From an uncultured Solirubrobacteraceae bacterium (GTDB taxonomy: Bacteria > Actinomycetota > Thermoleophilia > Solirubrobacterales > Solirubrobacteraceae), in NCBI GenBank assembly GCA_963744165.1, contig CAVUSM010000001.1:2274-66273 (forward strand): 64,000 bases of DNA. The letters are read 5' to 3'. The position numbers and the translations under genes are program-made. Under the pieces are notes generated by a model. That model ran no database searches. It saw only the letters and a program-made list of their open reading frames with translations, and had not been told where the DNA came from. Shown piece by piece: positions 1 through 12,961 of the stretch (the first letter of the stretch is position 1; each line of letters begins with the position of its first letter).

Positions 1-213
1 CTCCGACGACGCCGCCCGCCGCGCGCTCGAGTTCATCGGGCTTGACCCGACGCGCGAGCTCGTCGGCTGGTCCGCGAACTCCGCGCCGGGCGGTGTCTGA
101 TGCGCGACCTCGAACGGCCGCGTCGGCGAGGTGCAGGTCGACCTCGTCTACCCGCATCTCCTCGCAAGCGCTGCAAACGACCCCCGGCCAGCCGCAGAGG
201 AGCGCAGCCATGA
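1..213 (+). CDS. 3' end of a VirB4-like conjugation ATPase (partial, frameshifted)
   Basis: Pieces read ARRALEFIGLDP...RAGRCLMRDLE...GEVQVDLVYPHLL, resembling the C-terminus of Gram-positive VirB4/TcpF-like ATPases; it heads a conjugation cluster. Confidence 0.55.
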
Positions 214-1957
214 AAACCGCCATTCTCACTCCCTGCGCGCGGTCGTCGCCGTCGACGGCGCGCGGCGTCGCTCGTCGCGTTCGTGTTCGCGTCGGTGGCT
301 GCTTGCTGTTGTTCGCCGCGCCCCGGCGCTTGCGGGTGATGTGTACAGCAACATCGGCCCCGCGCCGCAGCTACCGGCCGGCGGGTCTGGTCGGACGCTA
401 CCCGCTCGCCAATTACGCAGCTGGACCAGTATTTCCCCGCGATCAGCGTCGGGCTGTACGAGCGGCGTGGATGTCTCCGGGTGTCGCGCCGATGATCGCG
501 TACTTCGTCGCGCAGGTCATCTGGCTGCTGACGGCGTTCCTCGCGAACGCGGTGATCACGCTGTTCGCGTTCGCGTTCAACCTGGACCTCTCAACGGGAA
601 CGGCAGCCCCGGGCTCCGGTGCGCTGACGCCGATCTCCGCACGCGATCCACAACCTCTACGCCAACACGTTCGGTGCGCCGTGGCTGGTCGCCGCGGTCG
701 TGCTCGCGGGGTGCTGGGCGATGTGGAAGGCGCTCGTGCAGCGCCGCTACACCGAGACCGCCGGGGCGCTCGCCGTGTCGCTTCTGTACTGCGTGCTCGC
801 GATCGGGATCGTCACGCAGCCCGAACGGACGATCGCGCCGCGCGAGCAAGCTCTCAAACCAGCTCTCCACCGCGCTGCTGTCGCTCACCAGCCAAGGGCA
901 ACATCGGCAGCGAACAGCAGGCCAAGAGCGCCGCCGAGCAACCAGCTCTTCCAACTGCTCGTCCTGAACCCCTGGACCGTTCTCGAGTTCGGCGGGATCG
1001 AGCACTGCACCACCACCACCGCGGGACGACCACGGTCGGTCGCGGTCCGTCCGCTGAGCGCCGACCCGGCCCAGGACGCGCAGCTCGCCGCAGCAGCTGG
1101 AAAGCGGCACCGAAGTACACGCCGAGGGCAAGACGTGCATCAACGACCGCAACAAGTACGCGCCGCACTTCCTCGCCTACGAATTCCAGTCCAAGGACGC
1201 AACTCCGAGCACGAAGCGCTCGAACACGGCGACACCGGAGACCTCCCCAGCTCAGACCCCGGCGAAGAGCAACGGCAGCCTACCCGCTCGGCCCGGCGGA
1301 TAAGCCCGCCGCGGAAGCGATGGGCAAGGGCGGCCAGTACCAGCGGCTGCTGCTCGCGGTCGTGATCTTCGCGGGGAGATCGGCGCGTTCCTGCTGCTCG
1401 GCGCGCTCGCGCTCGGGGTGATCCTCGCGCAAATCCTGCTGCTGCTGCTCCTCGCGTTCGCGCCGGTCGCGCTGGTGGTCGCGGATATTCCCCGGCCGCG
1501 GCCACGACTTCTTCCGTGCATGGCTCGCGAAGCTCGCCGGGTACCTCGCGCGGAAGGTCATCTACAGCCTGATCCTCGCGGTGATGCTCGCCGTCTGCCA
1601 GGCGCTGGATGACGCGACCTCAAACCTCGGTTGGCTGCTGGCGTTCGCGCTGCAGGCCGCGTTCCTGTGGACCGTGTTCTTGCAGCGCAACCGCCTGGCC
1701 GCGGATCTTCTCACCGCGACCACCGGCCACGGCGCCGGCACAGGACGGGGCGAGCCGCCTGCAGAGCCTCTACTACACCACCCGCCTCGCGCGGATGGCC
1801 GCTCTGCACCGCAACTCGCGCCACCCGTCGGGCACGCCCACGCGGCGCGCGCTCGCCCCAAACCAGGCGCACGCCCCGCCATCGCCGCGCTCAACGCACC
1901 ACGCCCGAGCCGGCACCCGAGCGAAGCCCACCCGAGACCCCGGAGGAGACCGCATGA
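210..1957 (+). CDS. Polytopic membrane conjugation protein, VirB6/TcpH-like (multiple frameshifts)
   Basis: GAGGAG then ATG at 210; many hydrophobic segments across frames (MIAYFVAQVIWLLTAF, LAGCWAMWKALV, ILAQILLLLLLAFAPVALV, LGWLLAFALQAAFLW). Confidence 0.6.
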
Positions 1958-2651
1958 GCTGGCGCATCGAACAAGCAGACGCACTCGACCTCCTGCGCGA
2001 ACTGCCCGGATGGGTGGGCGCAGACCTGCATCACTCGACCGCCACGCGGCGGCGACCCCGACGTACGCTCGCGATCCTCGCCGAGGTCACCGCGTGCTGC
2101 GCGACGACGGCACGCTGTGGCTTCTCGCGTCCAACGCGAGCAGCTGCACGCTCGCGGCAGCTGCGCGAGGAAGGCTGGCTGCGCAGCACGGCCACGCCGG
2201 CGTGGGCGCAGCCGCTCACGAGCAGATGCCCAGGCGGCTGGCACCCGCGACTGCTCCTGCTCAGCCACGCAGCGCCAGTACTTCTATCGACGCTCATACG
2301 ATCGCGCGCGCCCCGGAGTCATCGAGCGCGCTCTGCGTGAGCGCGAGCCGTCGGCGTGGCGCGTGCCAGAGTTGCATTCCCGCGCGCGAACACGAGCGCG
2401 GCTGGCGCTGATCAAGCGCTGCATCCTGGCGAGCTCCTCGCTGTGGCGTGCGGGGAGTGCGGCGCGCCCTACAGCGCGCCCGGCCCGGCGAGAGACGCGC
2501 TGGGCGACGTCCGACTGCGCGCACAGACAACCCCGACGGGCGCTGCCTCGTGCTCGACCCGTTCTACGGGCCCGGCCGACCGGGCAGTCGCTACCGCCGG
2601 CCGCAGCTTCCTCGGGCATCACCGAACGCCGAGACGAGGGTGAGCCGATGA
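1954..2651 (+). pseudogene. Degenerate N6/N4 DNA methyltransferase-like gene
   Basis: GGAGGAG then MSWRIEQADALDLLREL; later LIKRCILAS and CLVLDPFYGP (SAM-binding-like); the catalytic motif position reads CITRPP rather than TSPPY. Confidence 0.5.
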
Positions 2652-3200
2652 CGGCGTGGCTGACTCGCTGCGCGACCGGCCGATCGCCGAATGCGAGCGC
2701 CCGCCGCCGCGATAGCGAGCCGTGCCGTGCTGCTGATCGTCGCGCGCCGTGCTGCTCGCGCTCACCCGCCCCGCAGCGTCACGAGACCCACCGCACGCAG
2801 CCGACTCCAGCCACCGCAGCGTCGCGCAGCGCCTAGCAGCACGGTGTCCCGAGCGACCGCCATCCACGGCGCGCTCTCGCCGCAGGTCGCGCGCGACGGC
2901 CGAGCAGTTCCTCGCCGGGTATCTCGCCTACATCTACGGGCACGCCCCGGCGAGCGCAGATCGAGCGACGCGACGCCGGTCACTGCTCGCGCTCGCTGCG
3001 AGCCACCCGCCGCGCATCTCGCCAGGGATGCGGGCGCGCCGCCGCGAGTCGCATCGCTGCGCTGCCACAGCCGCCGCCGCCGGGCTGATCGAGGTAAGCG
3101 CAGTCGTCAACGACGGTGGCCTGGTCGACTACTCGATCGGGCTGCATCCTCGCGCACCAAGGCGGCCGGCTGCTCGTCACGCGGACTGGAAGGCGCGGAT
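2648..3200 (+). CDS. Hypothetical conjugation-cluster protein (frameshifted, boundaries approximate)
   Basis: Protein-like stretch RATAEQFLAGYLAYIYGH...VSAVVNDGGLVDYSIGL between the MTase remnant and the hydrolase. Confidence 0.4.
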
Positions 3201-4405
3201 GATGCGCGCCAGGCAGGAGCGCCAGACGAAGCTGTGGCTGTGGCTGCTGGGCGCGCTCGGCGGCTCCGGGCTGGCTGTGCTCGCGATCTTCGGTCTCGCG
3301 GTCGCGGTTCTCGGCGCGAGCTTCGCCGGCTGCCAGCCCGGCAGCGAACCGGCGCTCGCCGCGACCGGGCCGACGCCCTCGGCCTACGCGCTGCAGAGCA
3401 TCCCGCCCGAACGCCTGCGGCTCTACGAGCAGGCCGGGCAGCGGTTCGACATCGACTGGAGCTTTCTCGCGTCGATCGGTGCGCAGGAGTGCGGCAACGG
3501 CGAACTGCGCCGGGATCAACACCTCCGGGTGCGCCGGGCCGATGCAGATCGCCTACGTCCGCGGAAGCCCGTGCAGTCCCGGCGCCGGGCCGACGCTGTG
3601 GGAACGCTACGCCGTCAGCGCACACCCCGGCCAGCCGCCGATCATCAACGATCCCGGCGGACGCGATCTACACCGCCGCGAGGATTCTCCGCGAAGACAT
3701 GGGCGCCCCGCCGACAGGCGGCACCTACACCGAATACCACGAAGCCGCCTGCCACTACTACGGCGCCTGCGCGGACGCACCGTCAGCTACGCCGACGAGG
3801 TCATGGCCCGCGCCGTGCAATACGGGTTCACCGGCGCACCGGCAGCACCCACCCCGACGAGCCCACCCTCGAGCGCAGAACCAGCCTCACCGGCGGGTGC
3901 AGCGCGAGCGTCTCGCCCCCGAAGCGGCAGCAGCTCGCAGATCGTCAAGGTCGCTGAAAGCCAGATCGGCCAGGGCGAGCACCCCGAAGGCTCCAACTGC
4001 ACGATCTACGGGCCCTGCGAGGAGTGGTGCTCGCTGTTCGCCGCGTGGGTCTGGCAGCACGCCGGGGTGCCGCTCCCCGGCTCCACGGCCACCTATGGCT
4101 ACTCCGGGTCGCTCTACACCTGGGCCAAAGAACACGGCGGCCGAATACTTCCGCCGACCGCGACGGCCCTCACCCGGCGACGCCGTCTTCTACGGCACCG
4201 GGCCGAGCGAAAGCGCGCACGTCGGGATCGTGCAGCACGTCTACCCCGACGGGCGAGATCACCACGATCGAGGGAAACTACGCGAACCACGTCACCCAAG
4301 TCGGCCCGTTCCTGCCCGCCCACGCGACCGGCGAAGGCGAGCGGCACATCTACGGCTACGCCCAGCCACCCCGCGCCAAGAGTAAAGGGCAAACGCGCAC
4401 AGTGA
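3200..4405 (+). CDS. Conjugative cell-wall hydrolase: lytic transglycosylase-like plus CHAP domain (frameshifted)
   Basis: N-terminal TM; IDWSFLASIGAQE, AGPMQ and DAIYTAARIL (SLT-like); EEWCSLFAAWVW, PGDAVFY, HVGIV and TTIEGN (CHAP motifs). Confidence 0.75.
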
Positions 4406-7228
4406 GCGCTCGCCACGGCGCCAGTCGGAGCGTGGTTCGCGCATGGTTCGCGCTGTGGTTCGTGCTGCGGTCCGCGCTGCGGTTCACCCCGCGGCCGGCG
4501 CGGCACCGGCGTTTCGCGGCTTTGTGGTGCGGGATTCGCGCGGCTGCGCGTTTTTCGACATCTCTACCTGTGCCAGGTAACTTGCCGTGACTCGGCGCTC
4601 CTCGCAGGATCCTCGGCGCTCTTTGCCGTGGTCGGCGTCCTCGCAGCTGCTCTGTGGCGTGGCCGGGTCGCTCACGCTTCGCCCGCAGCCCGTTCTCATC
4701 GGTCCGGGCAGTGCCGTCGTGGGTGCTGCTAGCGGCGCTCACGTGTCGTGTCGTCGTGACTCGTCGTGCTGCTTTCCCGGCGTGTGCGGCTCGTCGTGCT
4801 CGCCCCCGACTCGTTCGCTCCGACGCTCGATGCGGTGCTGCGCTTCGCGGCGCAGCTATCGCGTGTCCGTCGGCTTGTCGGCGGCTGGTTCGATCCGCGC
4901 GCGAGCGCCGTGCGCGTCTCCTCGACGGCCGAGCGACGGGGCGATGCGCTACTCGCTGGTGGTGCCCGAGCGGGCGCTGCCCAGCGATCCGCTCGGCGCT
5001 CAGCAACTACGACCGGGTACAGGTGCCGGTGATGGCCGAACCCAGAGCCCGCGCGTGCGGGAGGGCGGATGTGTGGTGCGCGCCGAGCTGCGCCTCGCGC
5101 GGGCGAGCAGCGAGCCGCTCGCCCACCTCGGCGCTTGACCCCGATCCGCTCCAGAGCTTCGCGCACGCCTCGGCGGCCTTGACCCGTGACGCGTGAGCGC
5201 GCGCGAGGTCGCAGTCGATCTCCTGCCATGCACGGCCGGCGCGCGGCGCCGGCTGCGGCGCCGGCTGCTCCGGCAGGCGCGCCGCGCGGACCCGCCGCGC
5301 CGTACGCACCGGCGGAGGCGGCCTGCTCGACGTGCTCGGCGGCGGCGGCCGGCAGGCCGGGCGCCAGCCAGCGGCCGATGTGGTGCGAGCAGCGTGGCGC
5401 AGCGCGAGCAGATCGCCGCGAAGCTGCTGCAGAACGAGCCGCTGTTTCAGCTGCAGGTCCTCGTGCGCTGCCGAGTCGCCAGTGAAGGGCATGGCCGTCG
5501 AACGCCTGCAGGCGCTGCTCGGCTGCTTCGACGGCTTTGGCGGCGGCCAACTCGTTTCGCGTCGTCGGCGTCCGGCTCCTCGGCCTGGCGTTCCTCGGCT
5601 CCGACCTCCCCGGCGCCGAGGAAATGGTTTGACCGGCGGATGGACGACCGGGCTATTCCGGCCCGCCCGCCAGGAGCGTCGTGAGCGCCCGCGAGGTCGC
5701 CGGGTTCGCTGAAGCCGCCGACGGTGCACTGCGCGGCCCGGACGTGCTGCGGCTCGGCGCCGCTGTCCACCCGCCGCCACGCGACGCTGCCCGAGTACAC
5801 GACGGGCAGCGCGACGTCCTGCCGCTCGGCCGCGTCAGCGGCGAGCGCGGCGCAGCGGCTCGTCGGCGTTGCGCCTGCAGGACACGTTCTTCACCTACAC
5901 GGCCGGACGGAGCCGGTGGGGCAAGACCGAGCTGGCGATCACGCAGTTCTTGCAGCCTCGTGCGCTCGCGGGCACGGCGGCCTGTTCCTCGACCCGCACG
6001 AGGACGCGATCCAGCGCATCAAGAGCTGTCTCACCGAGCCCGAGCTCGCCGCGCGGATCGTCGAGCTCGACCTCGTCGGCCCGCGCTCGCGCGAGGGGCA
6101 GCCCGGCTGGAACCTGTTCGCCGCGCGCGGGCTCTCCGAGGACGCGCGCGAGCGGCGGGTCGAGGCGATCGTTGACTCGTTCGCCTCGGCGCTCGGGTGG
6201 GGCGAGCGCAACAACCGCGCCCTCACGCTCACGACCCAGGCCGACCGCGGCGCTGATCGAGCTGCTCGACGGTCCTGCCTGCCGAGCTGCAGCCGACGAT
6301 CTTTCAGATACCGACGCTCCTCGGGAACCCCGAGTGGCTGCAGGCGGCCTGCCGTTCCTCTCCGCGCCCCGCGCGCCAGTTCTTCACGTGAGCGCTTCCC
6401 GCGGATGAGCGAAGAGGCGATCACGCCGGTCACGAACCTGATCGACCGGCTGCGCTCATCCACGCAGCTCGCGGCGCTGCTCGGCTCACAGCAGACCACC
6501 TATGACATCGCCCAGGCGATGGACGAAGGCCGGATCGTCCTCGCGTGCCCCGGCGCCGGCGGTGCCCGCGACCGGCTCTCGCGAACCTCCTCGTCTACGA
6601 CCTGCTGCACGCCGCCAAGGGCCGCGCGCGCATACCGCCCGAGCCAGCCGCCGCGCGTTCTACGTGTTCCTCGACGAGGTCCAGACCTACGACGGCGCGT
6701 CGTCGGGAAATCTCGCCGCGCTGTTGGAGCAGACCGCGAAGTACGGCGTCCGTGCGACCCTTCTGAACCAGAACCCCGAGCGGCTGACCAGCGCCACGCT
6801 CAACGCGCTGACCACCAACCGCTCGCACCTGATCACCACCGCGCTGAACGCGCACGCCGCCGCGCTGATCGCGCGCGAGTGGGACGTCGACCCGCCAGCC
6901 AGCGCGATCACCGGCCTGCCTCGCTGGACATTCATCGCGCAGGCCACGCACAACGGCAAGCTCACCCGGCCGTTCCTGTTCGGGAACGTCGCCGTCGACC
7001 GACTGTTCGCCGACGTCTACCAGCCCGAGCGGGTCCCGAGATCCAGCCCAGCGATCGACGTGGCATCGGGGCGCGCCGGCGCGCAGGAGACCATCACCGC
7101 GCTCGACACACTCGATCAGCGCATCCGCGCACACCTCACCAGTAAGGCCGCAGGCGCAGGCCGCCCGAGCTCACGAGCGCCCGAGCGCTCGGCGCTGCCC
7201 AGACTCCCCGACCGAGGACACGGAATGA
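4402..7228 (+). CDS. VirD4-like type IV coupling protein (multiple frameshifts, boundaries approximate)
   Basis: Walker A GRSRWGKT (~5905), LFLDPHED, Walker B FYVFLDEVQ (~6665), LLEQTAKYGV..LLNQ; N-terminal hydrophobic segments. Confidence 0.7.
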
Positions 7229-8148
7229 GCGCCGGCCGCCTCCGACGCCGCGCCGCTGCCCTGCCCGGGGTCGCGGCCGATGTCCTCGCAGAGCCTCCAC
7301 CAGCACCGGTGCTCACGGCGCAGCCAGGTCCACGCGCTGCACACGCCCGACGCATCGCTGCGATGGACGCAGACGCATCCTCACCCAGCTCGCACCGCGC
7401 GAGGCCTCGCCGACCGCGCCACCGGGCCGCGCGGCCTTGCACTCTGGTTCCTCACCGCCCACGGCGCTGACAGCGATCGAGGCGGCCGGCCACGCTCGCC
7501 GAGCCGCGGCGCCGCACCACCACCGCCGCCCAGGCGGCAGGGCCGTTGCGGGCCCACACCCTCGCCGTCAACGACACAGGCATCGCGTTCGTGAAAGCCG
7601 CACGCGAACGCCGGGCGATGACTGCGGCCCGCTGGCCTGGCGGCACGAGATCGCGCACCCACTCGGCCGGCCGCGGCCGCACGGCGCCCAGCTGCGTGAT
7701 CGCCGACGCGCTCCTCTCCTACCTGCAGGCCGCCCCGGACGAGCTCGCTCGTCCTGCACCAGCGCTTCATCGAGCTCGACCGTGGCAACGATCCCGCCCG
7801 AGCAGCTCGCCGCGAAGCTCGCCCGCTACTCCCAGCTGCGCCACTCACACCCACCGGCCAAGGACACGCCCGAGGGGCCGCTGTGGCGCAACCTACTACC
7901 GCTCCTTTCCGCCCGTGCTGGTCGTGCTCGCCGACCAATCACCCGAGCGGCTCGCCGGCGCATCCAGAGGACGATCGCGCTGCACCGCTCCGACCCCGCC
8001 AACGGCCGTACGGGACGCGTGCCGCGTCTCCTTCACGACGCTCGCCGAGCTGCACGCGCACGGGCCCATTCGCCCCCATCTTCATCACCGCCGAGCACCC
8101 GACCCAGCCGGGACTGGCTCGGCACCACCCACCAAGCGTGAAAGGTGA
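7225..8148 (+). CDS. Replication-relaxation (Replic_Relax, PF13814-like) relaxase (frameshifted)
   Basis: Motifs LHQHR, HTLAVNDTGIAF, WRHE..H, VIADALLSY, FIELDR, LAAKLARY and FPPVLVVL across frames; directly follows the coupling protein. Confidence 0.7.
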
Positions 8149-8234
8149 ACAAGTCCTGCACGACCCCAATCACACGCCCGCCACGACCCGCCGCGCACCG
8201 ACAAGGCTGACCCGCGACATCACTCGCGCCAGCC

Positions 8235-9163
8235 ATGCGCGACGGGCAAGGCGGCGTCGCGGCCATACCGGACACCGATCTGCCGCTCGCGGTCTGGCCG
8301 TGCGCGCAGACGACCAGCCAGTGGCAGCGCCACGGCCGCTACATGCCCGAATCAAACCGTCACCCCAGCGAAGATGCTCCCCGAGCTCGCGCGCCGGGCG
8401 ATCGAGGCATACAGCGACCCCGGCGACCTCGTCCTCGACCCGATGTGCGGGATCGGCACGACGCTCGTAGAGGCGATCCACCGGACCGCCGAGCGATCGG
8501 CGTCGAGCTAGAGCCAAGGTGGGCGGACTCGCCCGCGAAGAACATCGAGCACGCACACCACCAAGGCGCCGGCTCTCCCGCGCAGTGTCATCGAAGGTGA
8601 CGCCCGGCGGCTGCCTCACCTCCTCGCCACGCACGAGCCGACGACTTCACGGACAAGTCGGGCTGATCGTGACCTCGCCTCCCTACGGCTGCCAACTCGC
8701 GGACGTAGCCACCGAGAACATTCTCACCGGCACGGGGTCGATGCGCCGCGAGGACAGCACCAACTACAGCCCCGACCGGAGCAACCTCGGACACGCTCGC
8801 GGTGACGCCTACCTCGCCTCGATGGCTGACATGTACGCAGCCTGCGCCGCCGTGCTCAGGCCCGGCGGATTCCTTGTGCTCGTCACCAAGGACATGCGCT
8901 CCGGTGGCGCCCTGCGCAACCTCTCAGGCGACACGATCACACTCTGCGAAGGCCTCGGGCTGCGCTACTGGCAGCGCATCATTGGGCTGCTCGGGACGCT
9001 ACGCGATAGCGAGCTCGTGATGCGCCCGTCGTTCTGGCAGGTGCTCAACGTCCGTCGCGCACGCGCGCTCGGGGAGCGCACTCATGTAGTCGCGCACGAG
9101 GACGTGCTGGTCTTCCGCAAGCCCGAAACGGGCACGCAAACAGCCAGCAGAAAGGCGGCGTGA
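8235..9163 (+). CDS. Orphan DNA methyltransferase (SPPY motif, probably N4-C; frameshifted)
   Basis: GDLVLDPMCGIGTTLVEA (SAM-binding), LIVTSPPYG (catalytic), LRPGGFLVLV, HEDVLVFRKP. Confidence 0.75.
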
Positions 9164-9167
9164 AGCG

Positions 9168-9503
9168 ATGGCCACCACGCGAAAAGCAGTCTCCAAAACC
9201 CCGCGAAAGCCGCGCCGGGACAGCCATCCGGCGACCCGCTCGGCGGCGCCTTCCGGGCGCTTGAGATCACGGCCATGTTCTGCTCTGATCAAACCCGATG
9301 AAACACCACGAAACCGCGCAGCTTCAAGCTGGAAACCGGCAGCAGGCGACCCGCTGGAAGGGGCACCGATCGTCGTGTCCGTCGAGTACACCAAGCCCGG
9401 CAGTCCGCTCGATGAGCACTTGCGCCGCGAGCAAACCCGCGCGTTGCTCGACCTGCTGGCCGATCACGCACGCCGCCAGAGAAGCCGAGGGAGCCAACCT
9501 TGA
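9168..9503 (+). CDS. Hypothetical protein
   Basis: 111-aa ORF packed between the MTase and the next ORF, with stop/start overlap at 9500. Confidence 0.5.
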   Translation: MATTRKAVSKTPRKPRRDSHPATRSAAPSGRLRSRPCSALIKPDETPRNRAASSWKPAAGDPLEGAPIVVSVEYTKPGSPLDEHLRREQTRALLDLLADHARRQRSRGSQP

Positions 9504-9699
9504 CCACTAGCGACATCACCACCACCGTTACCGGGTCAGCCGCTCGCGCCCTGCTCACGCGAGCCCGATTCACTCAAGACCAGCGAGGCCGGTGGAACAC
9601 GCCGGACGGCCGCTGGACGTGGGCGACCGACGAGGCGCTGACATGGGCGCTCGTCACGCTCGCCGAGGACGACGACAACCCCCAGCAAGGAGGCAATCA

Positions 9700-9703
<4 letters not shown>
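9500..9703 (+). CDS. Small hypothetical protein coupled to the recombinase
   Basis: 67 aa; GGGAG upstream; ATGA overlap with the recombinase start. Confidence 0.55.
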
Positions 9704-11404
<1,701 letters not shown>

Positions 11405-11486
11405 GTCGCCCCATGGGGCCCTGGTACGGTCAGGTTGCCCGTGTTTGCTGGGGTTAGCTCGGGTTCGATGGGGTCGGATTTGCTCA

Positions 11487-11510
11487 AAACGGAACCTTGA
11501 ATGGAACCCT
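11487..11510. repeat. Tandem GGAACC repeats, putative tyrosine-integrase arm sites (left end)
   Basis: AAACGGAACCTTGAATGGAACCCT, ~85 bp inside the att; a matching pair lies at 22783-22807. Confidence 0.55.
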
Positions 11511-11628
11511 GGCGCGCCGTCAGCTGACGTGCCGAGCAACCAGCATCTCCGCATATCCGACATGCTCAGGACTCGGCGACAACGCGTCCCTCGCGTAGAG
11601 CGCGATCCACCGTCGTGCCTCGCACTCC

Positions 11629-12961
11629 TCAACCCGTGAGGTCGGCGAGCAGCTCCTCGAGAACAAGCTCCTCCTCGATACGTCGTCCGACGCGGCGCAT
11701 CGTCTCACCGAGACCCGGATCCCAACTCGCGGGCACCGGAACGCCGATGAGCGGCTGAGGCGATGTCACGGAGTCTGCTGCGCGTATGTATGCCTCGGCG
11801 TCGAACTGCCACGGGACGAGCGGCAGGCGGGCGTGCAGCACGTTGCCAATGCGCACCCCACCCCAGTCGAAGTCGCCGTGATGGGCGAGCTGCGCGCCGG
11901 CTGCCACGAGCGCGCGCAGGAGCAGCATGGTGGCGGCGCCCGGCTGACCGCTGGTGCACACCAGCGGCAGGCACTCCGCCCCGACACGGTCGGCGGCGAG
12001 CGCCACGATCACGGGGTTCTCGCAGATGTGCACCGTCTGCCCAGCGAGGCTGCCGCCGGATGCAGCCGCCCACCTCGGCGGATCGCGCACGAGCTGACGC
12101 AGCGTCAGCCACACAGGTTGCCCGGTTCCCCGCGCAGCGCGCAGGATCCGGCCTGACCCTGTCTCCTCCTCGCCGGGCAGCCCGAGCGTGAGCACAGCGC
12201 TGGAAAGCTCGTCGCAGAGCAATCCGGCGGCGGCCCACGCCTCGCGACGCGACTCCGCCGACGACTCGTCGGCACGTGGGGCCTGGAGGCCTGCGAGCGC
12301 CCGGGCGGCGCCGAGCGCGAGTGTGGCGAGCGGCTCGCCGTCGTCGAGCGCGTGCGCACCACCGGCAAGGCGCGCAGCGAAACGGCCCAGCGGCTCGCCG
12401 TCGGCGGGCAGCGCTGCGAGGACCGTGGCGAGCCGCTCGAGCAGCGTGCGAGCGCCCGCAGGGTCGGGCTCCAGGCGCTTGACCACGCCCGAGCGGCGCA
12501 GCCACGCGAGCCAGCTCGCCAACTCGCTTGCATCCGTCAGCCCCCACCTCCAGGCGCCGGCCAACCAGATCGTCCAACGGCGCAAACGCCTGCTTCCATG
12601 CAAGCTGCTCAGCTGCGCTCACCTCGGCGCGCACGACCACAGGCCCCGTGAGCGCGACGACCGCCGCCGCGAGTCCATCCGGACTGGCGCCCGAGCGGCG
12701 CACCAGCTCGTCCACCTCGCGCAGCGACACGCTGAGCGCACGGCCCGCGCGCGGTCGCCGGCCGAGCAGTCGCTGCGCAGCCCGGCGCTGAGCGGCAGCG
12801 GCATCCGCGAGCGTGATGGTGCCATCGAGCGACTGACCGAGCTCGAGCCGACGGCGCACCCGCGCGAGCAGCCACTCAAGCTCGGGGTCGCCGAGCAGCC
12901 GGCCGAGCCGCTCGACGTCCGCCCTCGAGCGCCTCAGCCGCTCGTGCTCGGCGTCTCCCAC
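11629..12961 (-). CDS. jetD: Wadjet type II JetD (TIGR02679; DUF3323/DUF2399 Toprim nuclease), frameshift near 12540
   Basis: AHALDDG, RREAWAAAG..DELS, VHICENP, PLVCTSGQP, HHGDFDWGGVRIG, IEEE motifs; last gene of the four-gene operon. Confidence 0.88.
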
